64,000 nt of DNA from the NCBI GenBank assembly GCA_041661865.1, contig JBAZTO010000019.1, forward strand, positions 252-64,251. Direction: 5' to 3'. Within the stretch, counting starts at the first letter, position 1, and each line of letters begins with the position of its first letter. The translations under genes and the position numbers were made by a program. This DNA comes from Phycisphaerae bacterium (GTDB lineage: Bacteria; Planctomycetota; Phycisphaerae; SM23-33). A model generated the notes under the pieces. That model saw only the letters and a list, made by a program, of their open reading frames with translations. It ran no database searches and was not told where the DNA came from. Of this stretch, positions 40,980 through 50,200 are shown one piece after another.

Positions 40980-42419
40980 TTGGAGAGCGAGAATATGGAC
41001 ATCAGGGCCGTTCGCCAGAAGTTGGATAAGCACGGGCAGTCACATCTGTTACGCTATTACGATGAGCTGAGTGACAGCAAACGCACGGTCCTGCTGGAGC
41101 AGATTGCTTCCATCGATTTTGACAAGATGGATGAGTTGATCGCCCGGTACGTGCTTGAAAAGCCTGTCGTTCGCCCGATGGGCCAGATATCGCCTCCTCC
41201 CATCGTCTCGGCCCGGTCGACCGACGCGGCGGCACAGGCTGAGCTGAAGGCCGCCCGCAGGCGTGGCGAGCAATTGATCTCCGAGGGCAAAGTCGCAGCC
41301 TTCGTGGTCGCCGGCGGGCAGGGGACGCGCCTGGGCTACGAAGGGCCCAAGGGCTGCCTCGAAGTGACGGCGGTGGCCAAGAAGTCGCTGTTCCAGGTAT
41401 TTGCGGAGCAGATACTTGCGGCGTCGCATCGCCATCGCGTGACGATCCCCTGGTACATCATGACCAGCCAGGCCAACGACGTGGCCACGCGGGCTTTCTT
41501 CCGCCAGAACCAGTTCTTTGGCCTCAACGCCAAGGACGTGTTCTTCTTTCCGCAGGGGATGATGCCGGCCATCGGGCTCGACGGCAAGCTGCTGCTGAGC
41601 GACAAGGGGTCGATGGCGATGAGTCCCGACGGCCACGGCGGCTGTCTGGCGGCCATGCGCCGCAGCGGCGCGTTGGAGGACATGGCCAAGCGCGGCGTCG
41701 AACTGATCAGCTACTTCCAGGTGGACAATCCCCTGGTTCACTGCATCGACCCGCTGTTCCTGGGGCTGCACGATCTGAGGAAGGCCCAGATGAGTGCTAA
41801 GGCCCTGCCCAAGCGCGACCCGATGGAGCGTCTGGGCAACTTCTGCGTGGTTGACGGCAAGGTGACGGTCATCGAGTATTCGGACATGCCCGAGGAGTTG
41901 GCGCGGGCCACCACCGAGAGCGGGCGGCTGAAGTTCAGTTCCGGCAGCATCGCCATTCACATTCTCTCGCGGGCCTTCGTGGAAAAGCTCACTGCGGCCG
42001 ATGGCAAGCTTTCGCTGCCCTTCCACCGGGCCGACAAGGCGGTGGCCTGCGTGGACGAGTCCGGTAACGTGGTCAAGCCCGCCAAGCCCAACGCGGTCAA
42101 GCTGGAGATGTTCGTTTTCGACGCCATGCCCCTGGCTGAGGCGACCGCGATCCTGGAGACCGATCGGGCCGAGGAATTCAGCCCCGTCAAGAACGCCACC
42201 GGCGAAGACAGCCTGGCCAGCAGCCTGCACGACCAGGTCCGCCGCGCGGCAGCCTGGCTGGAGGCGGCCGGCGTCAAGATCCCGCGCGACGCCGACGGAC
42301 ATGTCGCGGCAGCCATCGAGATTTCCCCGCTGCTGGCTGACAGTGCCGCGGCCTTGATCGGAAAGGTCGATCCCAAAAAGACCGTCATTTCCGGTGGGCA
42401 AAGCCTCTATCTGGGCTGA
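40980..42419 (+). CDS. UDPGP-family nucleotide-sugar pyrophosphorylase (UDP-GlcNAc / UTP-glucose-1-phosphate uridylyltransferase-like)
   Basis: VAGGQGTRLGYEGPKG nucleotide-binding loop and eukaryotic-type UDPGP fold length. Confidence 0.8.
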   Translation: MESENMDIRAVRQKLDKHGQSHLLRYYDELSDSKRTVLLEQIASIDFDKMDELIARYVLEKPVVRPMGQISPPPIVSARSTDAAAQAELKAARRRGEQLISEGKVAAFVVAGGQGTRLGYEGPKGCLEVTAVAKKSLFQVFAEQILAASHRHRVTIPWYIMTSQANDVATRAFFRQNQFFGLNAKDVFFFPQGMMPAIGLDGKLLLSDKGSMAMSPDGHGGCLAAMRRSGALEDMAKRGVELISYFQVDNPLVHCIDPLFLGLHDLRKAQMSAKALPKRDPMERLGNFCVVDGKVTVIEYSDMPEELARATTESGRLKFSSGSIAIHILSRAFVEKLTAADGKLSLPFHRADKAVACVDESGNVVKPAKPNAVKLEMFVFDAMPLAEATAILETDRAEEFSPVKNATGEDSLASSLHDQVRRAAAWLEAAGVKIPRDADGHVAAAIEISPLLADSAAALIGKVDPKKTVISGGQSLYLG

Positions 42420-42427
42420 GGCCCAGG

Positions 42428-42593
42428 AATGACGAAGCTCGAATTACGAATGACGAATCAATGACGAAACCCCAATACCGATAAGGTGCAGGTGGCTGGC
42501 GGGTAGGAATATACTTAGCGGGAGGGATTTGTCGAACGTGTCGGGTGTCTATTGTTCGGGCTTCGTCATTCGAATTTCATCATTCGTCATTGG
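42428..42593. repeat. Imperfect inverted repeat built from ATGACGAA units, about 100 bp apart, upstream of nadK
   Basis: Left arm 42428-42459 (aatgacgaagctcgaattacgaatgacgaatc) pairs with right arm 42562-42593 (reverse complement aatgacgaatgatgaaattcgaatgacgaagc), about 25/32 matches; outer 12 bp gaatgacgaagc / gcttcgtcattc exact. Confidence 0.45.
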
Positions 42594-42602
42594 TTTCAAA
42601 AA

Positions 42603-43445
42603 ATGTCCCGGAAAATAATCATCATCGCCAACGCGCTGAAGCCTGCCGTGTCCGAGCAGGTCGAGCAGTTGCGCCCGTGGCTGGAACAGCACGCGGAGAT
42701 ACTGGGCGTCGCGCCGGCCCACCAGCCTCTCCCGCCCGCGGCGGCCCAGGCCGACCTGTGCATCGTGTTTGGCGGGGATGGCACGCTGCTGGCCGCGGCG
42801 CGGGCCCTGACCGGCACGGGCGTTCCGCTACTGGGCGTGAACATGGGCAAACTCGGCTTCCTGGCCGACTTCAACGTCGAGCACATGCAGAAGCACCTGG
42901 CCGAGATCCTCGCCGGCGCCGTCCAGCCGACCGAACGCATGATGCTGGATATCTGCGTCCGCGACTGCAAGAAGCACGCCTTTTGCTCGGCGGTGGTCAA
43001 CGACGTGGTCTTTGCCGCCGGGGCGCCTTTTCGCATGATCGACCTGGATGTCTACCAGGGCGAAGACGGCATCGCCCGCTATCCCGGCGACGGGCTGATC
43101 ATCTCCACGCCCACCGGCTCGACGGCCTACAACATGTCCGCCGGCGGACCGATCATGCAGCCGACGCTGGACGCCATCGCCATCACGCCCCTGGCGCCCC
43201 ACAGCCTGTCGATGCGGCCGATCATGGTCCGCAGCGACCGCCCGATTTTCGTCAAGGCCGTGCGGGTCAACGCCGGCTCAGCCGTCATTGTCGACGGGCA
43301 GGTCAGCAGCGGTCTGTGCAACGGCGACGTGGTGGAAATCAGGCGGGCCGACGTCGGGGCCAGGATCATCCCGCACCCGGGCAGGACGTTCTTCGAGACC
43401 CTCACCAGCAAACTCCAGTGGGGCACCGGCCCCCACAACATCTAA
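42603..43445 (+). CDS. nadK: NAD(+) kinase
   Basis: GGDGTLL and NxGxLGFL motifs; ATG at 42603. Confidence 0.9.
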   Translation: MSRKIIIIANALKPAVSEQVEQLRPWLEQHAEILGVAPAHQPLPPAAAQADLCIVFGGDGTLLAAARALTGTGVPLLGVNMGKLGFLADFNVEHMQKHLAEILAGAVQPTERMMLDICVRDCKKHAFCSAVVNDVVFAAGAPFRMIDLDVYQGEDGIARYPGDGLIISTPTGSTAYNMSAGGPIMQPTLDAIAITPLAPHSLSMRPIMVRSDRPIFVKAVRVNAGSAVIVDGQVSSGLCNGDVVEIRRADVGARIIPHPGRTFFETLTSKLQWGTGPHNI

Positions 43446-43518
43446 TCGTGGGGAAGCCCACAACCGCCCCTTTTTCCGGTAGACCCCGCGAAGCCTCGCA
43501 AAAACAGAAGCGGGTGAC

Positions 43519-43543
43519 CCGGTCCGCCTGAAATAATGTTTGA
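43519..43543. repeat. Orphan 23-bp match to the inner part of the IS630 TIR (GCCTGaaATAATGTTTGAACAGT)
   Basis: 21/23 identity to IS left end 836-858, located in an AT-rich convergent intergenic spacer (43446-43683). Confidence 0.4.
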
Positions 43544-43682
43544 ACAGTCGTTTTGTGCCTTAAGACAAAGAAGTTATGAATACAATAAAGATCTGTCGCC
43601 TGGCCTGAAATCGCATGTTCAAGGATGAATTCAGCATAATGGAAGAATTCCGAGTCTCTGGCACCGATATCGTGCCGCGGAC

Positions 43683-44804
43683 TCAGAGCTTCAGGTATTT
43701 GTCCGCCCCTTTCAGCCGAGGGGCAAGTCCGGCCAGGTCGCGAAGGGAGCCAATCCTGCTTCCATCCTTACGCAATGACAGGATTCGGTTAACCACGGTC
43801 GGCCCGAGGCCTGGCACACGGAGAAGCTCGAACTTACCGGCCTTGTTGACGTCGAGGGGGAAGAATTGCGGATTACGCTGGACCCAAACCGCCTTGGGAT
43901 CGGCCTGAAGCGATAGGTTGCCGTCCGGCTCGAAGGGTATCTCCTCGGCGACAAAACCGTACTTGCGCATGAGCCAATCCGCCTGGTAAAGCCGATGCTC
44001 GCGCGTGAGCAGGTCGCCGGAATTTTGCGGCATAAGGCGTTCGCCAGGAAGACGCGGCTCCCCCAGCCCACGCTGGTAGGCGCTGAAGTAGACTCTGCTA
44101 AGCCGCAGGCGGCGATACAGGCCGAAGGTCGCACGCACCAGGTCGGCGTCCTTCTCGTCGGCTGCGCCAACGATGAATTGAGTGGTCTGGTGAACGCCTG
44201 CGTAACGGGAGCCTGGCGCGGTCAACTGGCTGATCCGGCGGACGCCGCCGACAATATCCCTCTCGAAATTCTTGGTTGGCGAAAGCTGCTCGAATGCCGA
44301 ACGATGCGGCGCCTCGACGTTCAGCGAGACCGCGCTGGCCAGCGAGAGCGCTTCCTCAACGGCCGCATCCGATGCGCCCGGAATGATCTTAAGGTGAATA
44401 TATCCGCGGTACTGATGGCGCCGTCGCAGCAGGCTGGCGACTTCCAGCAGGCGGCTCATCGTGTGATCGGCGTCGCGAATCACCCCGGAACTGAGAAAAA
44501 GCCCGTGTATCCGCCTCTGCCGCACATAGTCCAGAAATATCGAGACGATCTCCTCGGGCGCCAGGCTGTAGCGTGGAACATCCCTGCCCTGACGAAAAGG
44601 ACAATAGCGGCATTGGTTAACGCAGACATTCGACAGAAGCGTCTTGAGCAGGATGGACTGACCACCCCGCGGAAGTGACACCGGATACAGCCATGTCCCG
44701 TCCCGGCCGCGAACACGGTGCTCGTCCTTCTGTGTTCCGCAGGCACAGGCCAGGTCGAATCGCGATGCATCAGCCAGATATTCGAGTTTTTTCCGAGCAT
44801 CCAT
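43683..44804 (-). CDS. Putative DNA modification/repair radical SAM protein (TIGR03916-like) with C-terminal helix-hairpin-helix
   Basis: N-terminus MDARKKLEYLADASRFDLACACG, radical-SAM CxxxCxxC (CVNQCRYC), C-terminal HhH (LLRVPGLGPTVVNRIL); ATG at 44804. Confidence 0.75.
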   Translation of the reverse strand: MDARKKLEYLADASRFDLACACGTQKDEHRVRGRDGTWLYPVSLPRGGQSILLKTLLSNVCVNQCRYCPFRQGRDVPRYSLAPEEIVSIFLDYVRQRRIHGLFLSSGVIRDADHTMSRLLEVASLLRRRHQYRGYIHLKIIPGASDAAVEEALSLASAVSLNVEAPHRSAFEQLSPTKNFERDIVGGVRRISQLTAPGSRYAGVHQTTQFIVGAADEKDADLVRATFGLYRRLRLSRVYFSAYQRGLGEPRLPGERLMPQNSGDLLTREHRLYQADWLMRKYGFVAEEIPFEPDGNLSLQADPKAVWVQRNPQFFPLDVNKAGKFELLRVPGLGPTVVNRILSLRKDGSRIGSLRDLAGLAPRLKGADKYLKL

Positions 44805-45029
44805 ACTCGCCGCGCCAGGTTCCAACTGCGGCGAATTATACCTAACAATATACGAACGTAAAGAAAAATCACGACAATAAATGGTGGCTGGCGAACCCCC
44901 AGAGCAGGAGAACAGGTGAGCAGCAGGGCGGAAGATGAGGAAAAAGTCGATGCAAAATCCGACGCAGCAAAGTGCGCAGTTTCTCGAACGCGAAGGACGT
45001 GGCGGCATTCTAAGGCAGCTTTGCGTCAC

Positions 45030-45103
<74 letters not shown>

Positions 45104-45215
45104 TTGCGCGCTTGCGAGTGTGAGTACTTGCTCGCAAGCCTGTGTAATTCGGGGGTATTCTGCACTCGCGAGACCGGCAAAGTCAAGGAAACGATCAATC
45201 ATCAGGATGCGATCA

Positions 45216-46001
45216 TCATCCATGCCATCGTCGGCTGCGATAGGCCAGGATCTTGCGGATGAGTCGCTTTCCATCCTCGTCCAACCTGGCCCGGCCGAGG
45301 TAGTCCTTGATGAAACGCATCCGCTCGACCCGGGAACAATACTTGGCAGCGCACCGATCCAATGCGGCCAGATCCTTGATGCGCCGGTGACGCCCCAGAA
45401 ACCAGCGGGCAAAACTGCCGCGCGGGCAGTCGATCCAGCACAACAGCGGCCGCTCGCCCGGCGAGCCTTCGATGAGCACGTTGCGCCAGTAGAGATCGTT
45501 GTGATAGAAGGACGCCGCATGTATGCGCCGGGTCATATCGGCCAGTTGGCGGCGAAAGGCCGCCCGGGCATCGGGCGCGCACGACCGGGCGCCGGCTGGC
45601 TCGGGGCCCCCGAAATAATCCAGCAAGGTGACCGCATTGGGAACCGTGCGCGTGAGGATGAAGGCGTGCCGCAGCCGGCCTAGCCGGTCACGCTCTTCAC
45701 CGCAGGCAATCCGCTGGGCGCACCGTATGCCCAACCGTTCAAAGACCGCATAGTTCTCGAACTCCCGCCGCGCCTTGGAGGTCCGCAGCCAGAACAGCCA
45801 TGAAGCGCGGGGAAAGCAATATTGCTTGAAGAAGACCGGGACGATCTCGCCCGAGGGCAGGGTCAGCGAATGCGGCTGCACGATGACGCCGGCAGAGCCC
45901 GCGGCCGGCCCGCCTCCGAACACGGCCAGAACATCAGACGAGGTACGAAGGCCCAACTGGAGAAAGGCCGATTGCCATCGCGGGTCAACAAGTAGCGTCA
46001 T
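45216..46001 (-). CDS. Lipopolysaccharide kinase (Kdo/WaaP) family protein, paralog 2
   Basis: FYHNDLYWRNVLI catalytic-loop analog and Kdo-kinase-like length; start ambiguous (ATG 46001, 46046 or 46118). Confidence 0.6.
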   Translation of the reverse strand: MTLLVDPRWQSAFLQLGLRTSSDVLAVFGGGPAAGSAGVIVQPHSLTLPSGEIVPVFFKQYCFPRASWLFWLRTSKARREFENYAVFERLGIRCAQRIACGEERDRLGRLRHAFILTRTVPNAVTLLDYFGGPEPAGARSCAPDARAAFRRQLADMTRRIHAASFYHNDLYWRNVLIEGSPGERPLLCWIDCPRGSFARWFLGRHRRIKDLAALDRCAAKYCSRVERMRFIKDYLGRARLDEDGKRLIRKILAYRSRRWHG

Positions 46002-46160
46002 GGCGGGTCCGATTCGATCTTCGCGTTTTTCGCAGCCTATAATCATACTGCCTGAAGTTGTGGAGGTTAGCTTATCGGCACAGGGCCCGTGTTTCCAGTC
46101 CGGCGGGAAAGATTCCATGTTTCAGCTTCATTTCATGTGGATGATTGATAATCGGAGCGT

Positions 46161-46817
46161 ATGGCCGACACAATACATTACAGCAACCGCTTCAAGGACA
46201 GCCGTCGTGCCCTTGGCTACGCCACCCGTTTCGATCAGGGTTCGCGCCGGCGGATCAACGATCGCGAACAGCGCGCCGTCCGCGGAATATTCGAGGCGAT
46301 GCCTCATTGCCGCAGCGTGTTGGATGTGCCATCGGGCGCCGGGCGCTTTCTGACCGTTCTGACACAGGGTGGACGCGAGGTGACCGAAATGGACATCTCC
46401 CGGGAAATCCTGGCTCTCGCCCGACAGCAAGCGGACAGCCTCGGCCTCCAAGCCAGGTTTCTCGAAGGCGACGCCCTGCGTATCCCCCTGCCGGCTGACA
46501 GTGTGGATGCCGTGTTCTGCAACCGTCTGCTGCATCACATCGGTTCCCCGGTGGACCGGGTGGCCTTCCTCCGGGAATTCCATCGGGTCACGCGCCGATA
46601 CCTGGTCGTATCATTTTTCGATTTCCGGTCTTTCGGCACCACACGCACCTTCTTCAAGAAGCTCGCTGGCCGCCGTGCAAGTTTCGCCAAACATCCGACG
46701 CAGGCTGAGTTCGCGGACGAGGCCGCCCAGGGCGGGTTTCGTCTGTTACAAGTGGTGCCCACGGGTGCCTTTTGGGTTGCCCAGAAGTACTTCGTGCTGG
46801 AAAAAACGGGGATTTGA
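46161..46817 (+). CDS. Class I SAM-dependent methyltransferase
   Basis: Motif I VLDVPSGAGRF, downstream MDIS..., LHHIGSP. Confidence 0.7.
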   Translation: MADTIHYSNRFKDSRRALGYATRFDQGSRRRINDREQRAVRGIFEAMPHCRSVLDVPSGAGRFLTVLTQGGREVTEMDISREILALARQQADSLGLQARFLEGDALRIPLPADSVDAVFCNRLLHHIGSPVDRVAFLREFHRVTRRYLVVSFFDFRSFGTTRTFFKKLAGRRASFAKHPTQAEFADEAAQGGFRLLQVVPTGAFWVAQKYFVLEKTGI

Positions 46818-46890
46818 GCCGCTTCGCGGCCGGCTGTCTCCCGCACCCTCCCACCTGATTCTGTCCGACGACCGCTCGCGCCTCCAACAC

Positions 46891-46930
46891 TGCGCCCGAC
46901 AGGATTCGAACCTGTGACCTGCGGTTTAGG
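46891..46930 (-). pseudogene. tRNA 3'-fragment (T-arm plus acceptor 3' strand, Arg-tRNA-like) without a matching 5' half
   Basis: Reverse complement ...ACCGCAGGTCACAGGTTCGAATCCTGTCGGGCGCA has a perfect T-arm and CGGGCGC-A acceptor 3' end closely resembling tRNA-Arg at 45030; no complementary GCGCCCG 5' strand or anticodon arm can be formed upstream. Confidence 0.55.
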
Positions 46931-47201
46931 AAACCTTCAGTCGGGTTACAACATCATTGATGCTACGTAGTTATAAGGCGGATTACAAGCATTCTTGAGG
47001 TTTTCAAGTGGATGGCAGGTCACTGAGCACTGCAAAACAAGTCACCACCATGTGACGACTGACCAACTCAGTGACCAACTCGGAACTACCGGCAAAACAA
47101 TGGGAGGAATAGGTCCGAACAAGGACGTTGCCGCCAAACCAACGCGATGGTTGACCGCCTTCATCCCATTCGACTGTCCTTGCCCGCCAATCATCCAGGC
47201 G

Positions 47202-50200
47202 TCAGACAATATGTATGAATTCTCCGGGCTCGCTGGAAACTTGCCGCGGCGGGGCAGGATAGGCCCATGAGTTCAGCTTGTCAACCGTGTCTGTGTGCTT
47301 GACCGACTTGACCTTGCCGGCCGGAGCGAACAGCCCGCCCAGGCCATCCCAATTCAGCAGGTTCAGCGTGCCTATCCTGGCGGAGATGTGGCTGTCCACG
47401 AAGAATCGCGGTATCGGCTGATTTCTGGGGATCTTCCATCCCGTCACGGTCAGTGTCTTGATAGTACCGGTCGGCGCGTTGGCCGTGTCACCTTGTTGCA
47501 CATGGCGATCGGCCTGGAGCAGGTTGAAGCTTACGCCCGCGCCGTAGTCGCTGCCATTGCTGGCACCCATTTTCAGGCTGGTAATGTCTCCAGCTGAGCG
47601 GATCACGCTGTGGTCAACCGTTCCGGCAAAGGTGAGCGAGCCGACGAAACCGGCTTGCACGTCCCATGTCGTGCCGTTGAGCAGATCGCCCGCGACCTTG
47701 ACGCTGCCCAAGGCAGCCTTCTTGGCCGGCAAGGCCGCTCCAGTCAGCGTCACGTCGGCCCCGAAATGTCCTTGGGAGCCGGTCTTGGTGTTCACGCTTG
47801 TGGTCAGCGAGCCGATCCAGCCTGCCGTGATAGTGCCTGACTGCCAGTCGGAGACCGTGATCGAGTTGATCCCGCCCGAGGCCGTAACACTGGCGGTGCC
47901 GACCCGGCCGGCCTTCAGCGAATTGATCGATACGCCGCTGCGGGCGTCCTGGCCCGTAGCCGTCAGTGTGGACTGATCCAGATAGCCCAAGACGTTGAGG
48001 TTCTTAAGCCAAGAGCCAACATTGAGATCCACACCAATCATTTGGCCGCAGGTAATGCCAATCCCCTTGGTGGCGCCGGCGCCAGGCATGACCAGATCGG
48101 CGCCATCTCGCACGTCCTCCACCTGCAAGGTACCGATGTACCCGGCGCCGGTCATAAGAACGCCGCCGCCGACCAGATCAATTGTGCTTGCGTCCACTTG
48201 TCCAAGTGGATCATCGCTCGTAATCCGCCCGACTGTCGCGCCGGGAACAGTCCCGCCCTTAGTCTTGAAGGTCAGTTTCGTTTTGTCGTCTGATTGGGTC
48301 AGGGCCACCTCTTCCAGTTCCAGGCCCGTCCCAACGACGGTGATGCCCTTCTTGTTGACGGTGTAAGTCGCCTCGCCCAGGAAAGTGAAGATCGCCGAGC
48401 CGCCCTTGAGCGTGACCGTCACATCCGTGCCGTCAGCGTCCTTGTAGTACAAGGCCTTGTCCGTGAGCGCATACGGCACCATCGTCATGGACCTGACCGT
48501 GACCTGCCCGTCCTGCAACGTCAGGACCAGATGGCCTTCGTTCAGCGAACTGGTATCGGCGAGATCCAGTAATGCCTGTCCGGGCAGGGCGCCAGCCGAG
48601 ACCTGGAAGTTCAGTTCGACCAGGCTGCCGGACCCGCCGGCCAGGATGTTCGTGGAATAGACCCACAACCTGACCTCTCCGGCCGCGTCGTCCACGTTGG
48701 TCGTGAGGGTCCACCCAGGTGTCAGGGTGCCAAGGCTCACGTCCGCGTTCGTCAGGTCCAGCAAGGAGGTATCGTAACGCAGGCAGATGTCCGCCGCTTG
48801 CAGCCCGGTGGCGTCGCCGAGAAGCACCGGGACGCTGACCCGTCCGCCGGGCACGGCCGTCAGGTTCGGCACGCTCATCAACGGATCGGGCCCGCCTTCC
48901 ACGATCGCCGGCAGCACGCCTGGAAGGTTGGGTATCTCCGGCTGTGACAGGCCAACGCCCTTGCGGGCGAGGTACGAGGCGTCCAGGCTGCTGAGACCCC
49001 CGTTGCCGGTGGTGTCAGCCAGCAGGACTGGGTCTTTCATGCGGTAGCTGGCGAAGCCTCCGTCCAAGCCCACGCCCACGCGGGCCAGGTACGCCGCATC
49101 CAAGGCGCTGTAGGCGTGGTTGCCCGTGGCATCGCCAAGGTAGGCCACCACTTGCACCGCGCTGTCGGTGGCCGAGGAAATCGCGCCCTCGTTGATGGAC
49201 AGGTTCTCCAGCCGGATCGGGCCGGCCGAGGAGTAGGGGGCGCCGTTGGGAATTGCTGCCGACACCCGCACCAGGTCGCGCGCGTCGGCTGCCAGGGGCG
49301 TCTGGCCGAAGACCCACACAGCCACACGGCCAGGGGTCCCAAGGTCGCGTTCCACCGACCAGCCCGCCGGCATGCCCGACGCCAGCGTCACGCCGGTGAC
49401 GGTCAGCATGGTCGGGTCGTATTCTAAGACGAAATCGATACCCAGGATGCCGTCCCCGTTGTCAATGGACACAGGGATTCCCGCGCCGGTCGCCGGGACG
49501 TTGACGGCCTGCCCCGGTCCGCGGGTGAAGTCCGGCAGCGAGAGCATCCGGGCCGTGCCCGCCTCAACCGTAACCGTGTTGACGTAATCGCCACCCTCGA
49601 CGTTGTTCGCGTCGCCGTCCAACAGATGGCCTTCGCCGTCCTTGAAGGCGTCGGCTCCGCTCCGCAGAGTCACGGTGTACGTGTCGGCCGCCAGTGGACC
49701 GCCGGTCTTGATGAAGGTGACCGTCCTGGCCTGCTCGTCATACAGCAGCGAGCCGGCCACCGGGCCGACGGTAGCGCCAACCACCGTCAGGTCCGCCGGG
49801 CCGTATGTGCCCGCCTGCACGTCGTAGAGGTTCAGCGTGCTGACGTCCAGTGACCGTCGGAAGCGGACGACGAAGCCGCTCGGCGTGGTCTCCAATCGAT
49901 CCACGCGGAGCTGCGAGAAGTCCAAAGTGGTCGCCGCCTCGATGGCGCCGGGATCGTCCTCGACGTACCCGACGTTGTCGCGGGCCACGCTGCGGAAGGC
50001 GTAACTGTGCCCGCCGACGCCGATGAACTGGGCCGAGGTATCGGCCGTGTCCTGCTGCCAGACCTGCCACTCCCCGCCGTTGTCGGAGACGTAAACCGTG
50101 TAGCTGCCGACGCCCGAACCGTTGGCGTCGTCCTGTCCGGCCCAGGTAACCGTGAAGGGCTCATCCGGCAGTTGCACCGCCAGGGCCTGCACGGCGCTGG

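Noticed and set aside
46891-46975. tmRNA 3' tRNA-like domain or complete tRNA
   Set aside because: The acceptor pairing would be G1-C72/C2-G71/G3-C70, so the G3:U70 alanine identity pair is absent. No 5' acceptor strand, D-arm or anticodon arm can be formed; treated as a tRNA 3' fragment.
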